Part shown: positions 37,892 to 47,636 of the stretch, piece by piece | Layout: each line of letters opens with the position of its first letter | Numbering within the stretch: position 1 is the first letter of the stretch | Assembly: GCA_964402565.1 (NCBI GenBank) | Contig: CAYOCJ010000001.1 | Coordinates: 352,079 to 416,078, forward strand | Direction: 5' to 3' | DNA: 64,000 nucleotides | Origin: an uncultured Gammaproteobacteria bacterium | Lineage (GTDB): Bacteria; Patescibacteriota; Patescibacteriia; UBA1558; 2-01-FULL-52-15 | The notes under the pieces: generated by a model | The model's database searches: none | What the model was told of the DNA's origin: nothing | The model's input: only the letters and a program-made list of their open reading frames with translations | Translations under genes and position numbers: made by a program

Positions 37892-38600
37892 TGATAGCGC
37901 GCCATTTGCTGCTATCGAGAGAAACATCGCGAGGAAGGACCGTGGGAATATCGTGAATCGACATTTTCCCCACGTTAGGCGTTTGAGCTGAAGCCAGGTC
38001 AAAGGTCGTTTTTCGTTCACCGCCGATATGCAGCACGCCGAATACAGACTTCAGGAGTGCAATCTGCAGCAGCTGGGGAGCGCGCGTGGATGCATAGTCG
38101 GCCGTTGTCCACTGATCGATGAACGCTTTGGGATAGGGCCAGGGCCCGTCTTTTTTAAATGAGGTTCTCAGAATTAAGGTATTCGGATACTGGCGAACTG
38201 CCATTTCTCCCAAAAGTTTGGTTAAGGCATAGTAATTAACCGGATTTGGCACATCCGTTTCTCTGTAATTCCCTTTTGTGCCGTCGAATACATAGTCAGT
38301 CGAGATGTATACGAATTTTTTTCCCTTGAATGATCGCAATACGTTTTCAGTTCCCTCCACATTCACCCGGTAGCAAAGATCTTTGCTCGTCTCGGCGCCG
38401 GCAACATCAGTTATCGCCGCGCAGTGTATGAGAAGATCGTACGTCTTGGCCTGAAAAAAGCGTTCGACAGCAGCTTTGTCCGTGATATCAAGATCGTTTT
38501 TGTCGATGCCGGTACTGTCGATCAGCGACATCAGAAGCGAACCTAAGGTACCGCGTGCACCAGTAATAAGTATCCGCTGATTCGGTGCAAAGGGTTTCAT
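37869..38600 (-). CDS. rmlD: dTDP-4-dehydrorhamnose reductase
   Basis: ITGARGTLG, HCAAITDV..AE, ISTDYVFDG, P.NYY..TK..GE. Confidence 0.88.
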   Translation of the reverse strand: MKPFAPNQRILITGARGTLGSLLMSLIDSTGIDKNDLDITDKAAVERFFQAKTYDLLIHCAAITDVAGAETSKDLCYRVNVEGTENVLRSFKGKKFVYISTDYVFDGTKGNYRETDVPNPVNYYALTKLLGEMAVRQYPNTLILRTSFKKDGPWPYPKAFIDQWTTADYASTRAPQLLQIALLKSVFGVLHIGGERKTTFDLASAQTPNVGKMSIHDIPTVLPRDVSLDSSKWRAIIKNLPAS

Positions 38601-38603
38601 GTA

Positions 38604-39986
38604 TTATTGCCCCAGCGTTGCGTTGAGAACCGTATTGATAGTCTTCAGGATAATAGATATATCCAGCGTAAAGGTTCGGTTCTTTATGTAGAAAAGATCA
38701 TACTGCAATTTCGTCATAGCATCATCGATAGAGTCGCCATATTTGAAATTGATCTGTGCCCAGCCTGATAAACCGGGTTTTACCAAAAGACGCTCCTTAT
38801 AAAACGGTATCTTTTCGGAGAGGAGCGCGACGAATTCCGGGCGTTCAGGACGAGGTCCGACAAAGCTCATATCGCCTTTCAAAATATTGATGAATTGCGG
38901 AATTTCATCAAGGCGCGTTTTGCGTAAAAATTTTCCAAGCTTGGTTATACGCGGATCGTTCTTTGCGGCCCATTGCGGGCCATTCTGCTCGGCATCGAGA
39001 ACCATGGTGCGGAATTTCATTGCCATGAATCCTTTACCGCCCTTGCCGGTTCTCGTTTGCTTGAAGAGCAGAGGTCCTGGCGAGGTTAGTTTGATCCCCA
39101 GTATGATGAACGGAACCAGCGGTAATGAGAGAATGCCGAACAGCATGCCGGCGGTGATATCCTGGACGCGCTTATTCAGTTCATAGAAATGCTTATTGCC
39201 GCTCAGTAAGTTTTCTAAGAACCAATCTTTTTCCAAAGATGCAACGGGGACTTTTCCTGTTATCTTTTCATAAAAGTCGGGGAAAGTGTAATACGAAATG
39301 CCAATGCTTAACGTTTCAAATAGGTAGCGTGAAATTATCGCACTGTGCTGCGGCGAAGGGACAGTAACCACGGTCTGTATCTTGTTTTTTTTGATGGTGT
39401 TTACGAGATCTGCAAGATCCTTCGCATGCGGAATATGTTGCAGCGTCTGAGGGAGCGGGTTTTGATCAATATTAACGATGAGACTGAGTTTATAGCCGAA
39501 TTGCGGCGACCGTTCGATAGCTTCAGCGAGTTGTATCGCTTCGCTATTGATGCCGATGAGCATCAGCTTATTGGACAATGCTTTGCTGCTGGTCAGGCTA
39601 TAGAACAATTTTCTCCACAAGAGGAACAGAATCGCAAATATGATCACCAGAATGATGAGCACGCCGATCGGCTTCAGCGTCGTCAGCGTCAGCGGCACGA
39701 TGTAAAAAAAGGCAAAGCCGACTATGGTATTGATGATGAGATTTTGGACTAAATAGCCGTAAAATTTAAAATCGTTCTTCACCAATTGCACGGTATAGAG
39801 ATTATTGATGAAAAAAACAATGATCCAGATGATGAATAGGAGTGAGAAAGGTAGCAGGTGATCAAGCCACAGCTGGTAGGAGATACTGCCTCTATATCTG
39901 AATACCAAGGTCAAAAAAAGCGACGTATATAGCAATGCAATATCGCCTATGAGAAGTATTATTTTTTTCAAACGAATGACAGACAT
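38604..39986 (-). CDS. Priming polyprenyl-phosphate sugar-1-phosphate transferase (WcaJ/WbaP family)
   Basis: N-terminal TMs, KFRTM..DAE, DPRIT..G.FLRKTRLDE.PQ, GDMS.VGPRPE, KPGL.GWAQ. Confidence 0.93.
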   Translation of the reverse strand: MSVIRLKKIILLIGDIALLYTSLFLTLVFRYRGSISYQLWLDHLLPFSLLFIIWIIVFFINNLYTVQLVKNDFKFYGYLVQNLIINTIVGFAFFYIVPLTLTTLKPIGVLIILVIIFAILFLLWRKLFYSLTSSKALSNKLMLIGINSEAIQLAEAIERSPQFGYKLSLIVNIDQNPLPQTLQHIPHAKDLADLVNTIKKNKIQTVVTVPSPQHSAIISRYLFETLSIGISYYTFPDFYEKITGKVPVASLEKDWFLENLLSGNKHFYELNKRVQDITAGMLFGILSLPLVPFIILGIKLTSPGPLLFKQTRTGKGGKGFMAMKFRTMVLDAEQNGPQWAAKNDPRITKLGKFLRKTRLDEIPQFINILKGDMSFVGPRPERPEFVALLSEKIPFYKERLLVKPGLSGWAQINFKYGDSIDDAMTKLQYDLFYIKNRTFTLDISIILKTINTVLNATLGQ

Positions 39987-40006
39987 GCTAAGTAAACCTG
40001 AAAACA

Positions 40007-40070
40007 AGCATACTGATTTTATTCGCTTTCGTCAATAATTCTTCATATTTTTTAAAAAAGCCAGTATACT
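40007..40070. promoter_or_regulatory. Back-to-back divergent sigma70 promoters
   Basis: Minus strand TTGACG-N17-TATGCT (40035-40007). Plus strand TTCATA-N17-TATACT (40042-40070) with ATG 6 nt later. Confidence 0.55.
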
Positions 40071-40076
40071 TGTCCA

Positions 40077-42164
40077 ATGAAACTTCTCAGGATTTACTTG
40101 AAAACATTTGCGTATGCCGGTGCATTCGTTCCTCTTGTATATTGCGTAGGTTTTACATCGCCCTATATTTTCGCGCAAACAAGCTTGATCTACTTGATAG
40201 CCTGCGCGACGGTTGTGCCTGTGTTCGTGCTCTGGTATGCAGATGCGAATGCAAGGCCGCATGTAGACCGCTGGACGATCATTCCCTTGATCTACTTGTG
40301 CACGATGATCCTCAGCGCTTGTTTCGGTGTGAATCCAGCAAAGAGCTTTATCGGCGTATGGGAGCGCTTTGGGGGTGTTTTGGATTGGACAGTAGTCTTC
40401 TGGTATGGCATTCTTCTGATCTCAATTTTTAAGACCAAAGCCGAATGGTATGCATTTCTTCGTACCGTGAGCATAGTTGCTGCAGCAGAAACTATGTATG
40501 CGCTGCTGCAGCTGTCGCCTTGGCATATCGTCTATGCAAGCGGTACGCGGTTATTCGGCACTATCGGTAATCCGGCATTTCTCGCCGGCTATTTGCTGCT
40601 GGCGATGGGTATTACCTTTGTCATGCGTCTGCAAGCAGGCACGCGCATCCGTTTTGTCTATGATCTATGCATTATCGCCCAATGTTTGGTGCTGATGCTC
40701 ACACAAACACGTGCAGCTTTGATCGGGCCTCTGGTCGGACTCGCGGGTTATGCAGTTATAGCATCAAAGGGCCAAAGAAATGCCTTGCGTTCAGCGCTAC
40801 GTACATTCGGTATTTTTTTTATCATCATTGGTATCGCCATCGGAAGCATCATTTCTCTAAAAAAAATAGATATCACCCATGTGACTCAATCGGTCCTGCA
40901 TGGAGATACGTCTCAGACACGAGCAGCCATCTGGGAGGCGGCATTGCAGGGGTTTAGCGACCGGCCGTTACTCGGCGCCGGAGAGAATAACTTTATCATC
41001 GTTTTCCAGCGGCATTTTGATCCTCGTATCTATCTGGGACAAGAAGATAGCGCATGGTCAGATCATGCGCATAATGAATTTCTTGACCGTTTGGCCCTGG
41101 GAGGAGCATTGGGGCTCATTGCATATCTGTTGATGCTATTGGTTTTGCCTTTCAAGCTCGTACGAAGATCTGATGTGAACGATGCCGATGGTGTAGCTCG
41201 GGCAAGTATGGTGCCATGGATACTGGCGTATGCGACCTACCTTTTTTTCTTTTTTCATTCAATCGCTGACTCAATGCTGTGGGTCATAGCAATTGCATTC
41301 CTGATCTCTACGCGTTCGAGTATGGTGCCTGCTGCAGCATCTGCAGAAAAAAAAGTCGCACCTACGAGCATGGCTCTGGCGAGTTTCGTTTCTGTCATGC
41401 TCGTTACTTGGTATGTACTGGTGCCGATGCGAACGAATATCTTGGTCCGGCAGGGCATGCAGGCACAGAGCATCGAGCAGGCCATGCCTTTGTATATGCG
41501 GGCATGGAACGGAGATGTGCGGGGGCGGCCGCATATGCTCATGGATCTATTTGATCGCGTACAATTCAGAGATGAGGACCCGCGGTATGCAGCGCTGCAT
41601 ATTTTGCAATTACAGCATTTTGCTGAAGCAGTTGCGGAGCAGTATCCGTTCGAGCTTCAATATCAGAGCCCGCTCATTTTTGCCTATCGGCATCGCACAG
41701 ATGATCCGGCGTATCTGTGGCATGCCATCGGCCTTGCCGGCCTTGGCATTGAGCTGAGTCCCGACCATCCTGAGCCGTATATGACCCGGGGTGTCACTGA
41801 GCTTGATGCAGCAGCGGCAGCGCAGGATGCAAAACTAAAAGCTTCTTACTTCGACCAAGCCAAAACTGATTTTTCTGCAGCGCATCGTTTAGCGCCGCAA
41901 TCTGCTGACACGTCAATTCTATTCTTAGGCACCGATGACGTTTCAAATACAGAGCCTCATGTACAGCTGAAAAAGTATATACATGACAATGCCCAGCGCA
42001 TTAAGTTCAATGACTGGGTATTAGCAATTCAACTAGGCATATATTATCGCGACAGAGATCTGATGACATTTTTGGGAAATGAACTTGATGTGTTCGATTC
42101 GTATGATGTTGCACGCTTCAAAGTGCTTCGTGACTACCTGGAACGGGAAAAGGCAATGCTCTGA
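40077..42164 (+). CDS. Second O-antigen ligase-like (Wzy_C) protein with degenerate TPR-like tail
   Basis: ER..G, RLFGTIGNP.FLAGYL, TQTRAA, R..IW..A..GF.DRPLLG.G.NNF, DHAHN.FLD.L..GG.LG. Confidence 0.87.
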   Translation: MKLLRIYLKTFAYAGAFVPLVYCVGFTSPYIFAQTSLIYLIACATVVPVFVLWYADANARPHVDRWTIIPLIYLCTMILSACFGVNPAKSFIGVWERFGGVLDWTVVFWYGILLISIFKTKAEWYAFLRTVSIVAAAETMYALLQLSPWHIVYASGTRLFGTIGNPAFLAGYLLLAMGITFVMRLQAGTRIRFVYDLCIIAQCLVLMLTQTRAALIGPLVGLAGYAVIASKGQRNALRSALRTFGIFFIIIGIAIGSIISLKKIDITHVTQSVLHGDTSQTRAAIWEAALQGFSDRPLLGAGENNFIIVFQRHFDPRIYLGQEDSAWSDHAHNEFLDRLALGGALGLIAYLLMLLVLPFKLVRRSDVNDADGVARASMVPWILAYATYLFFFFHSIADSMLWVIAIAFLISTRSSMVPAAASAEKKVAPTSMALASFVSVMLVTWYVLVPMRTNILVRQGMQAQSIEQAMPLYMRAWNGDVRGRPHMLMDLFDRVQFRDEDPRYAALHILQLQHFAEAVAEQYPFELQYQSPLIFAYRHRTDDPAYLWHAIGLAGLGIELSPDHPEPYMTRGVTELDAAAAAQDAKLKASYFDQAKTDFSAAHRLAPQSADTSILFLGTDDVSNTEPHVQLKKYIHDNAQRIKFNDWVLAIQLGIYYRDRDLMTFLGNELDVFDSYDVARFKVLRDYLEREKAML

Positions 42165-42165
42165 G

Positions 42166-42194
42166 TTGCTTTGTAAGATATTTTTTTGTATACT
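42166..42194 (+). promoter_or_regulatory. Candidate sigma70 promoter
   Basis: TTGCTT-N17-TATACT upstream of ATG 42216. Confidence 0.5.
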
Positions 42195-42215
42195 ATCTGC
42201 ACTATACAGACTGAC

Positions 42216-44261
42216 ATGATACGTACTTTAGCCAAGAAAATTAGTTTTCTAACGCTTGCGGGCGTTCTTTTTATTGTCCAGGCATTTCCTGTGCATGCGA
42301 GCACGCCGAATGACCCTGATTTTACCAAGCAGTCCTATTTGTGGCGCGTGAAAGCGCCCGCAGCATGGGACTTGGTTCAAAAATATGCGCAGAAACGCGA
42401 CATTGTTATTGCAGTCCTCGATACCGGAGTTGCGATCGATCATCCGGACTTGAAGAACAATATTTGGGTCAATAAAGGCGAGATCCCAGGCGATGGCATC
42501 GATAATGATAATAATTCATATATTGATGACGTGAATGGATGGGATTTTTTGACGTCTACTCCTGACCCGCGGCCAAAGCTGACCGACAACTATGCGTTCG
42601 ACGCCGTCAATCATGGTACGGTCGTTGCCGGGGTCATTGCAGCTGAGGCAAACAATAATCTCGGCATAGCCGGAGCAGCCTATAATGTTAAGATCATGCC
42701 ATTGCGCGTCCTGGACAGTGAAGGTTCCGGCAATACCTTGCTTCTTGCTCAGGCCGTAGACTATGCAGTTGAGAACGGAGCGAATGTGATCAACTTAAGC
42801 TTAGTCGGCGAGGTGAATGATCCGCAGCTCTCCGCGAGTATCGATGCAGCATATCGGGCAGGCGTTGCCGTTGTTGCGGCATCAGGAAATCAGGAGCATG
42901 CAGGCGTGAATTTGAATCAATCGCCGCGATACCCCGTATGCGAAACTGATGCCCTTAATAGGGTTCTGGGAGTCGCTGCCGTTGATGAAAATGATACCCT
43001 GGCAGATTTTTCAAATTATGGTTCGCAATGCATCGATGTGTCAGCTCCCGGAACAGACTTTTACAGCACATCAGTACATTTCGATCAGGACCCAGCGTTT
43101 AGCAATTATTATAGCGGAGGATGGAGCGGCACCTCAGTCGCAGCTCCTCTCGTATCTTCGGCGATCGCGTTGATAGAGGAAGTTGCCCCGAATATCAGTT
43201 TGTCTGAAGTGTATAAATTGATCCTGAACAATGCATCGAGCTTGAATGCATCGAACGGGCATCCTGCTGATCTAGGGCATGGCATGCTTGATATGTCAGC
43301 GGCGCTGGAGCATGCGATCGAGCGTTCGAGGAGTAATCCGGTCGTGATCGTCATGTCACAGGGCAGAGGATTTGAACCGCGGATAAGCATCCGGGATAAA
43401 AATGGGATTATCACCTCTGAATTCATGGCTTACGCGAAGTCATTTAGAGGAGGAGTAAATGCTACGGTCGGTAATGTCAGCGGAGATTCACAGCCCGAGA
43501 TCATTACGGCACCTGCTTCTTCGGGTGGTCCGCATGTGCGCGTTTTTGATACCAAAGGCCAGCTCAAGTCGCAGTTCATGGCGTATAGCAGCAAATTTAA
43601 CGGAGGCTTAAGCATAGCTACCGGAGATATTGACGGTGACGGTGTCGACGAGATCATTACCGCGCCTTTGCAAGGAGTTAAGAATGGTCCTGAAGTGCAT
43701 GTCTTCAATGCGCGAGGTGATTTGCTCTATACCTTTTACGCCTATGCAAAGAATTTCAGAGGAGGAGTGAAGCTTGCGCTCGGCGATGTGGATGGCGACG
43801 GCATTGATGAGATCATCACAGCACCCGCATCAGCCGGCGGGCCGCATGTGCGGATCTTTTCGCGCTCAGGGCAATTGAAAGGGCAGTTCATGGCCTTTAA
43901 TCAGAATTATAGGGGAGGATTGAGCTTAGGTGTGGGAGACGTTGACGGCGACGGTCATCAGGATATCGTCGCGGTGCAGGAGACTGATGATGATGTACAG
44001 GTGCATATATTTAACGGGCAAGGAACCGAAAAGAACCGGTTCCCGGTATACCCTGAAGTCACCAGCCTGGAACAGCCATCAGACCTCATTGTCGGCGACT
44101 ATACCGGTGATGGCCAGGCGGACATTTTGACCTATGGACTCTCTGCCGGCTCAGGCCTTAAATTATTCGATTACTATGGCCGTGTGATCGATACCATCAA
44201 TGTCAGCGGTACCGCACCTGATCAAAGCGCTATAAAGTATAGCTTTGCACTCTTACACTAA
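42216..44261 (+). CDS. Secreted S8 (subtilisin-family) serine peptidase with C-terminal FG-GAP-like repeats
   Basis: Signal peptide. Triad motifs IAVLDTG, HGT.VAG and GTS.AAP are intact. Repeats of F.AY...F.GG......GD.DGDG..EIITAP...GGPHVR.F. Confidence 0.93.
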   Translation: MIRTLAKKISFLTLAGVLFIVQAFPVHASTPNDPDFTKQSYLWRVKAPAAWDLVQKYAQKRDIVIAVLDTGVAIDHPDLKNNIWVNKGEIPGDGIDNDNNSYIDDVNGWDFLTSTPDPRPKLTDNYAFDAVNHGTVVAGVIAAEANNNLGIAGAAYNVKIMPLRVLDSEGSGNTLLLAQAVDYAVENGANVINLSLVGEVNDPQLSASIDAAYRAGVAVVAASGNQEHAGVNLNQSPRYPVCETDALNRVLGVAAVDENDTLADFSNYGSQCIDVSAPGTDFYSTSVHFDQDPAFSNYYSGGWSGTSVAAPLVSSAIALIEEVAPNISLSEVYKLILNNASSLNASNGHPADLGHGMLDMSAALEHAIERSRSNPVVIVMSQGRGFEPRISIRDKNGIITSEFMAYAKSFRGGVNATVGNVSGDSQPEIITAPASSGGPHVRVFDTKGQLKSQFMAYSSKFNGGLSIATGDIDGDGVDEIITAPLQGVKNGPEVHVFNARGDLLYTFYAYAKNFRGGVKLALGDVDGDGIDEIITAPASAGGPHVRIFSRSGQLKGQFMAFNQNYRGGLSLGVGDVDGDGHQDIVAVQETDDDVQVHIFNGQGTEKNRFPVYPEVTSLEQPSDLIVGDYTGDGQADILTYGLSAGSGLKLFDYYGRVIDTINVSGTAPDQSAIKYSFALLH

Positions 44262-44265
44262 TGCT

Positions 44266-44667
44266 ATGAAAGGTGTAATGGATTCAGTACATGTGCGCCA
44301 GTTCATCAAGTTCGGCATCGTAGGCCTTGGCAATACGGTCATTGATTTCGGCGGTTTCGCGATCGGAACCCGTTTTTTTCATTGGCATTATATATTAGCA
44401 AATATATTCTCATGGTTCTGCGCTGTTTTTTTTAGTTTCGCGATGAATAAATATTGGACTTTTCGAGCCGTGCAGCAGGGAGCTCTGCTGCAACAGTATG
44501 TTAAATTTTTTATCGTAAGCCTGGTGTCCCTCGGTATTTCGCTTGCCCTCCTCAAAGTATTTATCGACCTCTGGCATGTGCAGGACCTTGTTTCCAAATT
44601 ATTGACCATAGGCGTCGTAGTTTTTTGGAATTTTTTCATGAATAAATTCTGGACCTTTTCTTCTTAA
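44266..44667 (+). CDS. GtrA-family membrane protein (polyprenol-P-sugar flippase)
   Basis: QFIKFGIVG...T.IDF, N.YWTF, WNF..NKFWTF; four TMs. Confidence 0.9.
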   Translation: MKGVMDSVHVRQFIKFGIVGLGNTVIDFGGFAIGTRFFHWHYILANIFSWFCAVFFSFAMNKYWTFRAVQQGALLQQYVKFFIVSLVSLGISLALLKVFIDLWHVQDLVSKLLTIGVVVFWNFFMNKFWTFSS

Positions 44668-44677
44668 CAGAATTGCG

Positions 44678-45376
44678 ATGGAGATCAGCGTCGTCATCCC
44701 GGCTTTCAATGAAGCGTCTTCTATAGCTGAAACGCTGGCAGAAGTCCTGTCATACCTGAAGTCGCATTTCAAATCATATGAGCTGATCGTCGTGAATGAC
44801 GGGTCAACTGACAAAACTGTCGATATTGTTTCCGCCATTCCCGGTGTGACGCTCCTGCAGTATGGCGCGAATCGCGGGAAGGGTTATGCGGTTAAATCCG
44901 GCATCCTCGCGGCACAGGGCGATGCCATTTTGTTTATGGATGCTGACAATTCTACCAGGATCAGCGAGCTCGACCATTGCATGCAGGAGCTGAAAAATGT
45001 TGACATCGTGATCGGCTCTCGCGCTCTGACCGAGTCGCAGGTCCAGGTGAGCCAGAATCCCATCAAAAAACTGTTCGGAAGAATAGGCAATAAGCTCATA
45101 CAAGGTGTACTCGGCGTGCCTTTTCATGATACGCAATGCGGCTATAAACTTTTCAGAAAAAATGTTCAGCCCGTATTCAAGCAGCAGACGATCGATCGAT
45201 GGGGGTTTGATTTCGAGATCTTGTACCTTGCACACCGGCAGGGCTTCCGCATCCATGAGTCGCCGGTGCATTGGGTGAATAATTTCGACTCGAAAGTCTC
45301 GATGTTTTCATATCCGCGCACCTTATTTGAGCTTCTGACCATTCGTATGAGGCACCTGTTTCCAAAGAAGCAGTAA
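44678..45376 (+). CDS. GT2 dolichyl/polyprenyl-phosphate beta-glucosyltransferase-like protein
   Basis: VIPAFNE, NRGKG.AV..G, FMDADNST, DTQCG.KLF, W.FD.E.L. Confidence 0.9.
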   Translation: MEISVVIPAFNEASSIAETLAEVLSYLKSHFKSYELIVVNDGSTDKTVDIVSAIPGVTLLQYGANRGKGYAVKSGILAAQGDAILFMDADNSTRISELDHCMQELKNVDIVIGSRALTESQVQVSQNPIKKLFGRIGNKLIQGVLGVPFHDTQCGYKLFRKNVQPVFKQQTIDRWGFDFEILYLAHRQGFRIHESPVHWVNNFDSKVSMFSYPRTLFELLTIRMRHLFPKKQ

Positions 45377-45396
45377 TGCGATACTATTAAGTTGCT

Positions 45397-46431
45397 ATGA
45401 CGGTCGTCTTGCCAAATCAAAAGAAAAACATTCTCGTCCTCGGGGGAGCAGGCTTTATCGGCTCGCATTTGTGCGAGCATTTGCTGCATAAAGGGGATAA
45501 TATCATTTGCCTCGATAATTTCAGTACGTCAGATGTCGAGAATATCAAAATGATGCTGGAATTCCCGAACTTTGAATTTATCCGGCATGACATTACGCAG
45601 GAGATCGATTTTGCAAAAGAGCCAGGCCTGCGCAAATTCAAGGTGCATATCAACGGCATCCAGGAGATCTACAATCTAGCATGTCCGACCTCTGCGGCAG
45701 ATTACACGACCATGCCTATAGAGACAGCGCTTGCAAATTCTCAGGGCACCAAGGTATCGCTTGATCTGGCAGAAAAGTATAAGGCTAAGTACTTGCTTAC
45801 CTCGTCCTCCGCAGTGTATGGGCGCGGACCAGAGGATAACAATATCATTGATGAAAATTATTTAGGGAAAGTTAATTTTATCGGGCCGCGCGCCTGTTAT
45901 AATGAAGGCAAGCGGTTCAGTGAAACATTAGTCACTACCTATCGTGACCACTATAAGCTTGATGCGAAGATAGCCCGGATCTTTACCACCTACGGACCCA
46001 GAATGATGAAGAATAGCGGACGCTTTATTCCTGATATGATCAATACCGCACTCGGCAATCATGATATCGTTATTGCCGGCGATGCAAGCACTGGTTCGTC
46101 TCTCTGCTATGTGAAAGACATGGTAGAAGGCATCGTCTCGCTGATGCATTCTGATATTTCGCAGCCGGTTAATTTTGGCAATGATAATTTTCTTTTGTAC
46201 AAAGACGTCGCTGATAAGATCAAAGTGATCTTAGGCTCAACTTCGCAAGTCACTTTCGCAGCAGCGTTGCCCTATACGCACCAGCAGGCGGTGCCTGACA
46301 TAACTTTAGCCAAGGAAAAATTGAATTGGTTTCCGCTGGTCAATATTGACGAAGGATTAAAGCAAACTATTGCGTACGCCAGATCGAACTATATCGAAAG
46401 ACCGGATATACGGCAGTACGGGAGGCGATAG
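45397..46431 (+). CDS. UDP-glucuronate decarboxylase (UDP-xylose synthase)-like SDR
   Basis: GGAGFIGSHLCE.L, IYNLACP.S, GPRACYNEGKR..E, RIF.TYGPRM. Confidence 0.85.
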   Translation: MTVVLPNQKKNILVLGGAGFIGSHLCEHLLHKGDNIICLDNFSTSDVENIKMMLEFPNFEFIRHDITQEIDFAKEPGLRKFKVHINGIQEIYNLACPTSAADYTTMPIETALANSQGTKVSLDLAEKYKAKYLLTSSSAVYGRGPEDNNIIDENYLGKVNFIGPRACYNEGKRFSETLVTTYRDHYKLDAKIARIFTTYGPRMMKNSGRFIPDMINTALGNHDIVIAGDASTGSSLCYVKDMVEGIVSLMHSDISQPVNFGNDNFLLYKDVADKIKVILGSTSQVTFAAALPYTHQQAVPDITLAKEKLNWFPLVNIDEGLKQTIAYARSNYIERPDIRQYGRR

Positions 46432-46445
46432 ATACTCTACTACGT

Positions 46446-47636
46446 ATGCGCATCGTTATCGCCGCTGGCATTTTTCCACCTGATATAGGCGGGCCTGCTA
46501 CCTATGCAGAAGCGTTCGCCGAGTTTTGTGCTACACAGGATATCGGTGTTACGGTTCTGTGCTTCGCCGATACTGCCGGCATTGAGCGGTCTCATGCATA
46601 TGCCATTCATCGCATTGGCCGCACCGGATCGAAGTTTTTTTCCTACGCTCGTTATTTGTTGAAGCTCATATCGCTTTCTCGTTCTGCTGACCTGGTATAT
46701 GCCCAGGGGCCTGTAGCCGGGGGCCTACAGGCGTTTCTAGCTCGTTTTGTAACGGCGAAGAACTATATTGTGAAAGTAACAGGAGATTATGCTTGGGAGC
46801 AAGCCGTAGGGAAGCACGGCCTCGATATAAACATTGACCGCTTTCAACAAGCAGGTATCCAGCTGCCGTTTCGAATTCGATTGATGAGATTCACGCAGCG
46901 TTTGGTTACCGCGCATGCCCGGCGCGTCATCGTTCCGAGCCAGTATCTGCGTTCGCTCGTTCGCGGCTGGGGCGTTTCTCGCGGGCGCATTGAGGTCATG
47001 TATAACGCGGTGCCTGAGCACAAACTCCAACAGCAGTCTGCTCGACAAGCAAAGTTAGCATTGCATATCACCGGATGCGCGGTTATCAGCATTGGCAGGC
47101 TGGTCCCATGGAAAGGATTTCATACATTGATCAAGGCATGGCCTGAAATAGTGAAGAAAGTTCCTGATGCACATTTGTATATTATCGGAAGCGGACCCGA
47201 GCATGGCTCGCTGCAAGCCTTGATCGAAGAAGCCAACCTGTCTCAATGCATAACCTTAACAGGTAAAAAATCCCAAGAGGAATTATCTGATTGGTATCAG
47301 GCTGCCGATCTTTTTGTCTTAAATTCAAGTTATGAAGGTCTTTCACATGTCATACTTGAGGCAATGTCATACCAAGTGCCTTGCGTCGTATCGTCGAACG
47401 GGGGAAATCCAGAGCTGATCCAGCATGAACGAACCGGCTTGCTGTTCCGCTATGATCATAAGTACGAGATCATTGAGACCGTGAATAGATTATTGCTGCA
47501 TCCTGCAGAGGCAGAACGGTATGTCACTGAAGCTACTTCGTGGTTGCAGGGCCACACGCAACAGCATATGCTTGACTCCACGCTTGAGCTTTTCAGAGGC
47601 ATGCAATACCGGGACATTCATAGAAACGATGTATGA
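46446..47636 (+). CDS. GT4 family glycosyltransferase
   Basis: IFPPDIGGPATY, GDYAWEQ, GRLVPWKG, YEGLSHVILEAM. Confidence 0.92.
   Translation: MRIVIAAGIFPPDIGGPATYAEAFAEFCATQDIGVTVLCFADTAGIERSHAYAIHRIGRTGSKFFSYARYLLKLISLSRSADLVYAQGPVAGGLQAFLARFVTAKNYIVKVTGDYAWEQAVGKHGLDINIDRFQQAGIQLPFRIRLMRFTQRLVTAHARRVIVPSQYLRSLVRGWGVSRGRIEVMYNAVPEHKLQQQSARQAKLALHITGCAVISIGRLVPWKGFHTLIKAWPEIVKKVPDAHLYIIGSGPEHGSLQALIEEANLSQCITLTGKKSQEELSDWYQAADLFVLNSSYEGLSHVILEAMSYQVPCVVSSNGGNPELIQHERTGLLFRYDHKYEIIETVNRLLLHPAEAERYVTEATSWLQGHTQQHMLDSTLELFRGMQYRDIHRNDV

Noticed and set aside
43400-44130. Repeated DNA segments resembling a repeat array
   Set aside because: They are the in-frame FG-GAP-like protein repeats of the S8 peptidase, not CRISPR or DGR repeats.
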